This document shows positions 45,133 to 56,375 of a stretch of 64,000 nucleotides of DNA, piece after piece. The DNA comes from the human T2T-CHM13v2.0 reference genome, Homo sapiens. The notes below the pieces were generated by a model. That model had not been told where the DNA came from. It was given only the letters and a program-made list of their open reading frames with translations, and ran no database searches. The stretch lies in the NCBI RefSeq assembly GCF_009914755.1, contig NC_060926.1; one strand, given 5' to 3'. Positions within the stretch are counted from its first letter, which is position 1, and each line of letters begins with the position of its first letter. A program made the position numbers and the translations under genes.

Positions 45133-46302
45133 CAGGGGCTTTGGGGGTGGTGGTAGGGAGATGCTAGTCAAAGGGTACAGAGTTTCAGTTTTGCAGGATG
45201 AATAAGTTCTGGAGATGCGATGTGCAGCATGGTGACTATAGTTAATGGTGCATTGTATACTTGAAATTTTCTAAGAGAATAGATCTTAAGTGTTCTCACT
45301 AAAAAAATGAAAAGGTAACTACATGAGGTGATAGACAAATTAGTTTGATTGTGGTAATTATTTCACAATATATACATATATCAAAACATCATGATGAACA
45401 CATTAACTATATATAATTTTTTTTTGCCAATTATACCTCAATAAAGCTGAGGGGAAAAAAGGATAAGCTGCCATCTATTAAATTTTCTCCCAAGCAATCG
45501 GTTGCAGGTTTGTGCTAGGAAAATACGTCACTGTGAGTTCAAAAATCATGCAAGTGAATTGAACTCTGCTAGCATAATCTGATGAGTAAAATCCATTTTA
45601 TCGTATTAAGAAACATTTGCGAAGGCGAATGAATGAATGACTTGGAGTAGGTTTTCCCTAGCAAAAGAAACGATCACCTGAATTGTTCTCTTAGTGTTGT
45701 CCATGTCTGTTTTTGTAACAGAGAGCTGGTCAAACAGCTGAGTGATGTCTGAAAGTGTTATCTCTCACCTCAGCTTTATGGACAGCAGAATTAATACAGG
45801 AACTCAGAGGGGAAGTGATTAGACCTTACAGTGAGAGCAAAGCAATGTCTTGAAAGATGCTTCTGCCACTGTCAAGGGCTGTAGAATCTTTTAAAGGCTC
45901 CAGCCTTAATTTATGAGTGAGTGCAAATCAGATATTATTTTTAAGTGTCCTGTCAAGAAAACTTGCCAGGAATTCCTTCATAAAATAGAGAATCCTCTTG
46001 TAAAGCAAACCACTCCAAATTTGGGAGAAGGCAATGCCAGAGAATTTCAACAGTCTGCCAAAATCAAGTTATTATCTGAATAACTTGGCCCTTTAGTGAG
46101 AAGACTAACTTGTTTTTAAAAAAATCTGTAGCCCTAATTAGAAACATTTACTAGAAGTCAGCTGGTCTCATAGCAGCAGCTAATTTCTGGCCTGGGCTAA
46201 CTTTGTCATCACGCTTTAGGGAGGATAACTGAAGATCCCTGAGGATCCTGGAAATTGATCATCAGCAAACTGGTGGCTTCTAAAAGTGAAAAGAGTTGAG
46301 AG

Positions 46303-46827
46303 CAGTGATCTTCAAATGGTTGCTGTACATTACAATCACTTGTAAAATCTTTTAAAACATGATGTACAGGGACTTTTAAGGGTCATACCAATTAAAACAA
46401 TAACTGAGGCTAGGACCCCAGGCAGCAGATCTGAAAATCCCCCATGTGATTCCAGTGTGCAGCCAAGATTGAGAACCACTGGCTTTAAGCAGAGCAGGGA
46501 TTCTCATCCTAGCTACATGTTAGCATCACCTGGAGAAAATTCAAAGAACTACTGATGATCAGGATTCACTGAGAACAATGCAGGTAGAGTGTGCAAAGGC
46601 TCAGGAGGTGTTCAACTGATGGCTTAGTGAGCATAGGCAGTAGTTCTCAAAATGTGGTTCCAGAACCAGCAGCATCAGCATCAGCTGGGACCTTGTTGGC
46701 AATGCAAATTCTCAGACCCCGACCCTACACCTACTGAACCAGAATCTCCAGGGATGGGGCCCCAGTTTCTGCATTTTAACAAGCCTTTCAGGGGATTCTG
46801 ATACAGGCTGAAGTTACATAACCACTA
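46303..46827. mobile_element. Cluster of three MER5-type hAT-Charlie relics (~46303-46481, ~46495-46580, MER5A ~46639-46827)
   Basis: 'gtgattccagtgtgcagccaagattgagaaccactgg'; 'cagtagttctcaaaatgtggttccagaaccagcagcatcagcatca...aatgcaaattctcag'. Confidence 0.8.
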
Positions 46828-46828
46828 G

Positions 46829-47060
46829 GATAGTGAATAAGAACATGTCCCTGGAACTAGACTGCCTGGGTTCAAATCTTGCCTCTGTTACTTGCAGAGT
46901 AACATGGGCTACTAACCTTTTCTGGGCCTCAATGTCTCCTTCTGTCAAATGGGGATAATAATGGTTGTCTCCACAGAAGGTTGTTAAAAGGGGCAAAAGA
47001 GTGACATGTGAACAGGGCCTGGTATATGGGAAACACTACATAGTGCTTGTTAAATAAACA
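46829..47060 (+). mobile_element. MIR
   Basis: 'agactgcctgggttcaaatcttgcctctgttactt...gggcctcaatgtctccttctgtcaaatggggataataat'. Confidence 0.88.
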
Positions 47061-48395
47061 TGTTGATGTGCTCTCGTTCTAAAGAGATGTGCGTCTTGGA
47101 TGATATTCAGTAGGTGTTATTTTGTACTGCAGCAGACACTTGAAGAAGCATCTTTCTTGTGATCTCCTGGCTGGTACCCTGAAGTCCTGTTATGCCAATG
47201 GACCAGCAACCCTCGCAGGTAGGAATTACTGCTAGAAAGACTATCCTCTCTGCAGGCAAATTTCTGGAAGGATACTATTTTATGGGGAAAAATGTGAACA
47301 ACTGTAGGTAATTTCACAGTCTGTAGGGCTTGTCTCCTATTTGTAATTTCTTACATGTTTACTCGTGGTGGAAATGTGGAGGTGGCTAAGGAACAAGCAG
47401 GCCCGCTGTGTTTCAGTGGCTTTCAGAGAAGGTGGCGGGAAATAGTCTCTTCTCAGCAGCAGCTGAATCCCAGTGTTAGCAGACGGAGCCTTGTTTCTTG
47501 AAAGTACATTCCCAGGGATTCCCTTGAAGAATGTGAGAGATCAGCTGGAATGAAACTGGATGTTTTAGGGTCCTGAGGGAAATGTAAATCCAGCAGCTTA
47601 TTCTCAAGATGTGGCTCCAGAACCAGCAGCACTGATTCTTCTAAAGAGTTGAGAGTGCATTTTAGCTGTGATATCTTTGTACTGTTAAGAAATCCTCCTC
47701 AACAAGACAAAACTTGACCAAGAGCATTCAGTTGTCTTCCAGAAGGCTCCCTTGAGGACTGGGACTCTTCCTGGATGCACCCAATTAATCTATTGAAACA
47801 AGGACTCGTGATGGCAGCCCCTCACCTGACAAACTGGATTTTCCCCAGAGATCATTTGTAATGTTTTTCCTGAATCTTATTTGTGTTTCCCTATTAGCAA
47901 TGTTATGTATTTCTATATCGCAAATCCTAAGTGCCGCCTGTAGAACCTAACCTCCATTTATAGCATGGAACACACAGCCCATCACGTATCCTTGCCCTGG
48001 CCTTCAGCCTCTGAATATTTTAATAAAAATCACTCTTTCCTCCTTAAGGACCATGTTCTTTAAAAGCTTAACACATAGTTCTTAATAATTGGTTGCTTTA
48101 CTTGATGTTTCTCTGTTTATCTTGGCTGCCCAGAAGCTCAGACTTAAATGTAAGAGTCTACTTACAGTAACAACCTTGTTGCGGATACAATTAATTCTCC
48201 CTATCTTGTATGTGGTTTCCGTTGTCTTTATTTATTATCTTTATTTAAACCTTTAAAAGAGTATAGGATATCAATTTATGAAAAGAAAAATATTTTTTTT
48301 AGTTCAATTGAAATCCCTGTTTTGTACCACACTATATTTAATGCCCCATATAGTTCTAAAACTCTGCATGATTCAAAGCAGGGGTTCTTATTCTG

Positions 48396-48397
<2 letters not shown>

Positions 48398-48432
<35 letters not shown>

Positions 48433-48619
48433 TGTATGTACATACCTCAAGGGAGTCTCTAATTTATATATATAATTTATATGTATATATACACACATAT
48501 ATGCACACACACACACACATATATATACTTTATATGTAACATATATATTAAATATTATATATGTGTATACATACTACACATATATATACACATAGTGTTT
48601 GTGTGTGTGTGTGTGTGTG
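48398..48619. repeat. Compound (TG)n-(TA/CA)n-(TG)n low-complexity block
   Basis: Read directly; probably expanded inside an old hAT relic ('caggggttctta...aaaattactgg'). Confidence 0.9.
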
Positions 48620-51600
48620 CACTTTTGGAGAGAGAGCATCTCTAACTTTCATTAGTTTATGCAAAGAATTTATGACCCTTCTCTTGCCCCACCCCCAGAC
48701 CCAAAGTTAAAAATTACTGGTTTAAAGGGACCTGGAAGTAAATATCCAAGAATAGGAATGCACACAGCTCCGCCTTCAAGTCTTCCTCCCCAGTCAGTAA
48801 ACATCATTGTCATTTATTTTTGGCCTCTTTTAGGAATCGTTCTTCTGACCAAGCAAGTAGATGAATTGCTATATATGGAGCCAGTTCAAAGCAAGGCACA
48901 ACTCGCTGGTTTTAGATACCAAAGAAGTCCTACAGTTCAATTATGACCTGTGGGAGGTCAGAGCTCGGCAGGTGAATCTTGCTTCTGAATGAAGCTGAGG
49001 CAGAGGGAGCCGACTTGCTTCACCCTTTCCCTCACTGGTTTCCCCCAGGGAGGCCTGGGTAACAGGCAGGGTGCAGCTCCTAGGCACAAAGATGCCTACT
49101 GATTGTGCTGGGCCAGGCTGTGGATGGGAGTTGATGGGGCAGCGAGATGCTGGGCTAGAGGCAGCAGTGGGCACCCATGACACTCAGGGAGCTGGATGTC
49201 AAGCCACGGAAATGAAATCTACCAGAGTATCAATGAGTCACAGCTGCAGCATGTTCTGAGTCCATGCACAGTGCTGTTGCCAGGAGACCCAAGACAGTGT
49301 TTTCCAAAGATGCTTAAAGCAAGTCTCCTGAGCTGGCTAAGGATGCACCATAGGGTAAGCGGCACAGAGCACATGCGCCATCACTTTCCTCCTCCTCTCC
49401 AACCAGAGAAGTACAGCAATGATCTGCTTAATAGTAAGACATGTGGCAGCAACAAGTACACACTAAGTCACTATTCCTCTTGTTTCCCTGTAAGGGGAAC
49501 TTGGCAGTTTTTACATTTCTGTCCCCTCATTCCCTCCTCTCCAGAGGAGGAGTGGCTTCCCTGATTGGGGAACTTGGGAGCGACGCTTGAGAATGTGGGC
49601 TCAGTCTCCTCCTCTGCCCTCGAGCTTTGGGAACAGCCTGCCTCAGAGGCCATGTATTCTGGTCTGTTTGATTCCTTTGTACTGTAGTTTTCCCTGAGAG
49701 GACTCCTTCATAGGAGACTTCTAGCTGTCCAGCACTGCTGTGGATACGCTTAATTTGGGGATGTAATGCTGGCATGCTCATTTGGTCCTCACATCTAAGT
49801 CACAGTCTCCAGTAGCTTTACCAGTAATGATACTGACGTTTTGATCTCCACTTCTTTCTATTGGTTCTGAACATAGGCCAGTAAGGCAGGAATGCTTTGT
49901 ATTGGTCTTTTAAAATTCCAACAATTTCTTCTGAAGAAAGGGCTCTCCTAGTTTGAAAAATCTTAAGACAATCTGATCTCAGGCCCTGTGGGTGGTTAAC
50001 AATATTTAGGGTCATAAAAGCTGGTTAACATCAGCAGGCAAGAGATCTTGGAGAAATGAAGGGACAGAAGTGGAGCAGACAAGGAAAGGGTCACCCTACC
50101 CCAGCAGTCACAGAAGTCACCAAACTTCACCAACATGATCTTCCAGCTTGAGCTGCCTCTCCATGTCCTCTCTCCCCGGCCAGATCTGATTCAGAGAGTG
50201 CCTGGGCCAATGAACATCTAACTGATATATTGAACAAATAGAGTTTAATCTGGTATGATCATGAAGTCATGTTTTTCTCATCACTGCTCCAGCGAATGCC
50301 ATCTTGGCTCCTTTCTGCTGACTCTTGCCTTTGAATGAAATCTCACAAAGACATCCTCGTTTTGGTTATTCTTAGACAATAATGGAAAAGTCCTCTAGTT
50401 ACATCTAGCCACAAAAAATATATATCTTATTTGAAATTAAAATGTCCAGGCCCATGTAATAGTCACATTTAGAGTAGAAACCCTGTTATCCTCCATGCAG
50501 GCTGGCTTTCTCCTAGAAACTTGTATGAAGTCAGGGAGGGGAGGCATACCTACTTTCTGTATTTCTACGGAGCATGTTTACCATTCTCCTTTACTTACTA
50601 GGTTGTCTTGGATGACCCAGGGCTGAGGCAGGGGAACAAGAAGAGATAGGGAAAGTTCTTGCTGGATGGTCTGGTGCTGGTCTCCTCTGGCTATGGGTCC
50701 TTAAGAGGTTCTTTTGCTGGGTCCCACTAACTACAGCTTCTAGCCTTTTCGGCTGAGGTCACTATACTATTTCCAGAACGTACCCCTGAGTGGGGTCACC
50801 TTTTAAATGACCCAAGTTGACAGTCCTACTACGAGTTACACATCTTGGAGTCACATGCCAGTGGCCTGGCATTTAAATCAGAGGAGGCTTCAGCTAACAT
50901 CCTCTTGCGACTAGTGGCAAAGGGTTGGTGGCCTGGGTGTGGCTGGCTGCTAGAGTGTGGAGCTGGCAGAGGTTTTGCTGGTGAGATGCTGCCGGGGTTT
51001 TGGAGGAGGAAGTGGGTGGAAATGTGGGCCTTGCCCTCTCTCAGCCTGTGACAGCCTCTCTCTTTCCTGCTCCTGTTCCTTGCTGTTGGTTGCCCACTTT
51101 TCCCTTGCATCTCTCAGGCCTTGCCTTCTTCTTTGCAGTCACAGCATCCACGTCATCTTTTCCTTTTTTTATAGGATTTTTGGCTTCATAGAGAGGCTTG
51201 GTGGTACCAGCCTCTCTGTTATTTTTGTTCTAAGCCAGCCACATCTTCCCCTTTCACTTGCTAGACTGAGAGTATTCTGGGTGACTTTGAATTGAGCAGA
51301 GGTTGCCTTGGCAATCTGTGTACCCAGGGATATTGATTGGGACTTCAGGAAGTTCATGTGAGCTGACATGCAGACATAAGAAAGGGTCTACTGGGCAGAA
51401 GGAGCCAGGGCAGGACAGAAGCTACCAAGAGGAAGGGAGAAGGGAGGAGCTGCCTTAGAGAAACACAGGATCTGCCTGCCAGGAGTTCACAGGGTTCAGC
51501 AAATGGCCCAATTGTGATAGACAAGAATTACACAGAGGGAGTAAGTTCTAAAGCATTTAAACATTCCAAGCAAAACAATAAGGGCTGTGAATATCGACTC

Positions 51601-52090
51601 AATAATCCTTCCTATTCTAGGATTTTGGAAAAACCCATTTTACGAATTCCCTACAAAAAGTTTCCAAATCACTCAGAGAATAGTGTATTTGCCTGAAAAA
51701 CATCCAGACATTCCTTATCAGCAGGCTTATGCTGCCAGCAGTGGTAACACTGTGCTTTCCCCTAAGATGTGCAAGGTTATGAGCCATGGAACAGATGTTT
51801 GCGGTTTATGACTACCTCTGCTTAAGCCTGATTTCTTAAACAAGTAGTATCTTTCAGGTGCCTTCTAATATGCACTGACTGCATTTGCTGGAGGCCTCTG
51901 TCTTAACACAGTCTCTTAATTCCCCTTCCTTTTGACTGTGTGGTTCCAGGAATGCTTGGATTTTAGTAAAATCCTGGCCTTTGATTAGGGCTGAAACTGT
52001 GCCTACTGCCCTAATGGTACATGGCAAATTAAATATCCCCCAACTTGGGTTTTGATGTGTTTGCTCTGATGAACTTTTCTCATTATGGGT

Positions 52091-52470
52091 TGATATGGTT
52101 AGGCTTTGTGTCCTCACCCAAATCTCATCTTGAATTGTAATCCCCATAAGCCCCATGTGTCAAGGGAGAGACCAGGTGAAGGTAACTGAATCATGCGGGT
52201 GGTTTTCCCCATGCGGTTCTCGTGATGGTGAGTGAGTTCTTACGAGATCTGATGGTTTTGTAAGGGACTCTTCCTCCTTTGCTAGGCACTTCTCCTTCTT
52301 GCCACCTTGTGAAGAAGGTGTCTTGCTTTCTCTTCGCTTTCTACCATGATTGTAAGTTTCCTGAAGGCTCCCCAGCCATGCTGAACGGTGAGTCAATTAA
52401 ACTTCTTTCCTTTATAAAATTTCCCAGTCTCGGGCAGTTCTTTATAGCAGTGTGAGAATGGAATAATACG
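52091..52470 (+). mobile_element. THE1D-like solo LTR
   Basis: 'tgatatggttaggctttgtgtcctcacccaaatctcatcttgaattgtaa...ccatgattgtaagtttcctga...ctttatagcagtgtgagaatgg'. Confidence 0.92.
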
Positions 52471-52859
52471 TGCATCGAAGGGCAATTCACGTCCTTTCTC
52501 TCCTGGGTTGGATTTCTGGAGCTAAACTCAGGTTTGCAGGAGTTAGCATTACTTCTTCACCATGGAAAAGAAAAACAAGGACAGGTGGTTGCATAAAGGA
52601 CCCAGTGATTAAATCGAAAGCACCTGTGAAAACTCAAAGTCAATATTTTCTTTAAAGGAAGGGAGTGTACACAATCATGGTTGTTTAAGTTAGCTACCAT
52701 AGCAGAAATGACCTGAATATCAATGATTGGCTTCAGCTGCTCAGCACGTCCTTCGGGTCGAAAAGTTGGGCAGTGGCCTCTGCCAACTTGTTTTTAATGA
52801 GATATCCTAATATTTTGAACAACATTGCTATGCTTCTATTTCTACCTTAATGAAAACAA

Positions 52860-53090
52860 TGATATCACTTATACTTCTTAAGCACTAGCCATGCATCCAG
52901 CACAGAACTAAATATTTATATGGATTATCTTGATTAAACTCCTCACAATAACCCTATGAAGTAGCTGCTATTTTCACGAATAGATGATAAAACAGAGGCT
53001 TAGAGACAATCTGCCCACAGTCATATAGTTTGTAATTGAGTCAACCCATGGCTGTTGTGACTCCAAAGTCCATGCTCTTACTTAGTATTG
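52860..53090 (-). mobile_element. MIR
   Basis: 'cctcacaataaccctatgaagtag...agatgataaaacagaggcttagaga...gactccaaagtccatgctctta'. Confidence 0.8.
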
Positions 53091-53189
53091 CCTGCCTGTC
53101 TTCATCAGTTGGGTAGAAGGTAACTTCTAAGTTTGTGTGTGTGTTGGTGGCAGGGGTTGGTGTTTTTTTTTTTTTTTCCCTTCCCAGGT

Positions 53190-53586
53190 GTTTGTTATCA
53201 CAATGATTTTCACAATTCCATGTCCTGTTCCTGTGCTCTCTGTGGTGTTGACTGCATCAGTGGGAGCTTAGCTGGGGCACCTGAGTTCTCCTCCAGGTGT
53301 CCTCTGTGAGTGGTGTCTCATCCTCCAGGGCATCTCCACATGGCTTCTCTCCAGCAGAACAGCCTAGTCTTCCTCACAACATGGCAGCTGGGATCCAAGA
53401 GGGAGCTTAACCAAGAAAACAAACCCCTTTTCCAATTGCTTATATTAAGCCTCGCTTGCTAAAGTCTCATTGGCCAAATCAAGTCACATGATCAAGCCCA
53501 GATTCAACGCAGGAGAGAACTTTACCAGGGGTAAATATCAGGAAGTGTCATTCATTGGCGAAGCCACAGTAGAACAGTCTATCTCA
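53190..53586 (-). mobile_element. Old MaLR LTR (MLT1H/J-like)
   Basis: 'ttcctcacaacatggcagctggg', 'cattggccaaatcaagtcacatgatcaagcccagattcaa'. Confidence 0.75.
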
Positions 53587-53589
53587 TTA

Positions 53590-53790
53590 GTAATAATAGT
53601 AATGATATCTTTCATATATTGAGCACTTACCATGTGCTAGTCAGTGTGTTATAGGCTTTACAAAATTATTTTAATCATCATAGTAACCCAACCTATCAGC
53701 TTGGTTTTATTCCCATGTTATAGGAGAGGAAACTGAAGCTCAGACTAACCTGATAAAATGACAAGAGTGAATTCAAACACTGATCATTCT
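53590..53790 (-). mobile_element. MIR
   Basis: 'attgagcacttaccatgtgc...ttcccatgttataggagaggaaactgaagctcaga'. Confidence 0.8.
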
Positions 53791-55479
53791 AAGTTCCCGA
53801 TCCAAGAGATAGAAATATGGTATACAGAAAATGAAAAAAAATTTTTTTTTCGTATAATGATAGCCCTTGGAATTCATAAGGAAAAAAATAAAGGTACTAG
53901 TCAATGACTTTAATGCTCAGTAGGTAGCATGTTTAGGGGCCTTCCTGCCTCAAGACTAATTCTCTTGTATTTGCAGCCAGCCTTTCTAATTCTGGTATTT
54001 TGAATGGAGAACAGTCAATAAACAAAATTGGGTATAATTAGGCTAATCAAAATGTGAAATAATATAGTGTAACTTTTCTTTTAATCAGCCTCTTGTTTTA
54101 TTCTTTGGCTAAATGAGCTGGTCTTTCCTCTGGCTGTGTTTTCAAAAAGTTCTGCTCCAAACCATTTGGCAAGCAGTGAGCTGGAGAAAGAACGAAGGGG
54201 AAGGGTCTATACCCTATAATGATGCAGATTTCAAAACATAGCTTGGATTTTTGGAAAATCCCTTCATGAGCATGAAAAATACAACAACTATGTTCAGATG
54301 CTTTTGCCAGCTGAAAACCACCATGACACTTGAGATCAGTTGCAAACGTTCTCTCCTTCCCCACCAGCACCCAGGGCTGTGGTCCAGGCAGTGAACACAG
54401 TGTTTGGCCTGTCCCAGGCCTAAGGGTGTATGAAGTGTGGGCATTGTTGGGTGAGCTTGGCTGGGAGGGCAGTGCCTCAATGCAAGGGAATCATGTGGAA
54501 AGATTCATGGAAATTTATATTAAAATATGATACCTCCAAAAATAATTTCTTGCAAGCAGCAAGAATTAACGCATTGTGAAACAAACAGAGCTTTCACTAT
54601 TAACTTCAGGGAAGAAAAAAAGGGAGGGTGGCTGGCTCAGTGGAAAATATCGGCTGTAAGCTGTGATTTTTTTTTTCTTGCCTTTCCCATGCTAGATGGC
54701 ACTAATTGAAGAGCTCAGTTGTTTGGGGAGGGGGTTTTTGGAGGAATGTAACATGATCACGTGATTTTTGGTGCATCGTGGGGTCCCTATTTTATTTTCA
54801 CTGTTAACTCCACCATTGTTTTGGTCTTTGAGGTAATTTTAAATTTTAAGCTGATTGCATGATTTTTCTGGAAGTCAACACTCGGAGAAAAGGCTGATTT
54901 GGAGGGCCTGCAGAAGTGCTGGGGTGGGTGTTGACAGATCTGAGTGACATTTGCATGGTATTTCCCTGTGTCACCCCACCCCTGCCACCCTTAATCACCC
55001 TAGTGGCAGTGGTTTAATGACACAGAGATCCTGGAAAAGAGTGTTTCTCAACCAGTTTCTTTCAAAGGGAAGCCATGGAGGAAGGAGCCATTTTATCTGA
55101 GCAAACAGCAAATTCTTACAGGAGCTTGTAATGGCTGTCCATTCTCCCACTCCACCCCCCAAAATAGAACTTGTGGTGTGAAATGAGGACAGCAAATGAT
55201 TCATATGTAGATGGGTTTATAATTCATTCTAGAAATAAAGCTGAGCCTGTAAATGACATTCCAGGAAAAATAAGAAAGAATGAGTGGCTTTAAGGGTACA
55301 CCAGACTGCTTAGGCCAAAATTAAAATATTTGGTAGACTTAAAATAATTATATTTATTTTTTTGAAAGGTAATATGTAATTAAAATTTCCTCTGTGGAAT
55401 AGTCACTTAAAATAGGTTTGTAGTATTCATATTGTGAATTTATGGAGGGATTGTATGCTTTGATCTCATCAATGGTTCT

Positions 55480-55900
55480 ATAAAGAAGCTTTGACATGTA
55501 ATGTTGATAGTGACAGAACAGAGGCTCAGATTCTGTCACTTTCCAAAGGTCACACAGGTTGTAAGTGACTTAAACTTGGAAATTGTGTCTCTAAAGCTCA
55601 TTCTCTTTTCATTAAGTTATACAGCATCTCACTCTATAAGGCTGTGTAATGATGACAGTCATGGACCTGCTCACTCATGATCTGGGTGGTGAAGAGTTTT
55701 GGATTTAGAATTAGAAGAGGTAATTGGATTAGATTAGAGTCTCACCTGATGTTACTTAGCTGGGTGACTTGAAGCACATCACTAAAATTGTCTGAACCTC
55801 AATTTCATTATCCGTAAATTTGAAGGAGATATCATTTATTTATAGAGTTAAGACCAAAAATCGTAAGTGTAAAAGTTCTCTGAAGATGGTACAGTGCTCT
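55480..55900. mobile_element. Two diverged MIR fragments in opposite orientation (~55480-55620 minus, ~55685-55900 plus)
   Basis: 'aacagaggctcaga...aaggtcacacag'; 'agctgggtgacttgaagcacatcact...tctgaacctcaatttcattatccgtaaa'. Confidence 0.65.
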
Positions 55901-56039
55901 ACCATGATATACTATTTCTTAGGTACAAGCTATTATTTATTAGGCACAACAACAGACTAGGAGCTAGGAGAAATTCAGAAGTCTTTTTTATAGCCTGCCT
56001 GACAACCTCTTTAATTATTTTCCATCTGCTCAAGAAGCT

Positions 56040-56375
56040 CCAAGCCCTGGCCACACTGAACTTTTTAATTTATCCTTTACACGATTTGCTCTCTCATATC
56101 TCTGTGCTCGTGCGTAACACCCCTCTCCTATGATCTCCTATGCATCTTTCAGAGGCTCTTTTCAGCTCTATTGGTAGTTTTCCTCTTCTAGGTGCCTATG
56201 CATTTTGTTCACAACTCTTATGGCATTTCCTACAGTGTGTTATAATTCATCTGTTTATATATATGCTTCTGCTCCTTCCTAAGCTATAAGCTTCTCAAGG
56301 AGACATGCTGCCATCTGTATTAAGTGTGCCTGGTACATAGTGGACATCCAAAGGCTTGCTCAATGAATGCATGAC
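56040..56375 (+). mobile_element. L2 3' fragment
   Basis: 'ctataagcttctcaagg', 'gtgcctggtacatagtggacatcc...tgctcaatgaatgcatga'. Confidence 0.65.

Larger units (their letters stand above)
39170..45460 (+). mobile_element. L1MA-type LINE-1 (L1MA8/9-like 3' end) with both termini, internal ORF2 deletions and four nested insertions
   Basis: 5' 'gacatcagcaagatgg', degraded ORF1 (~40600-41520), ORF2 pieces (~42990-44760), 3'UTR ending 'tatacctcaataaagctgaggggaaaaaa'; probable TSD 'ataa(t)gctgc' at ~39159-39169 and ~45463-45471. Confidence 0.88.

Noticed and set aside
45579-45640. Functional hammerhead ribozyme
   Set aside because: CUGAUGA and GAAAC are present, but stem II closure, U16.1 and stem I are defective; kept only as a structured-element candidate
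54996-55012. CTCF site (GCCACTAGGGTG on minus)
   Set aside because: The core GGC positions do not match
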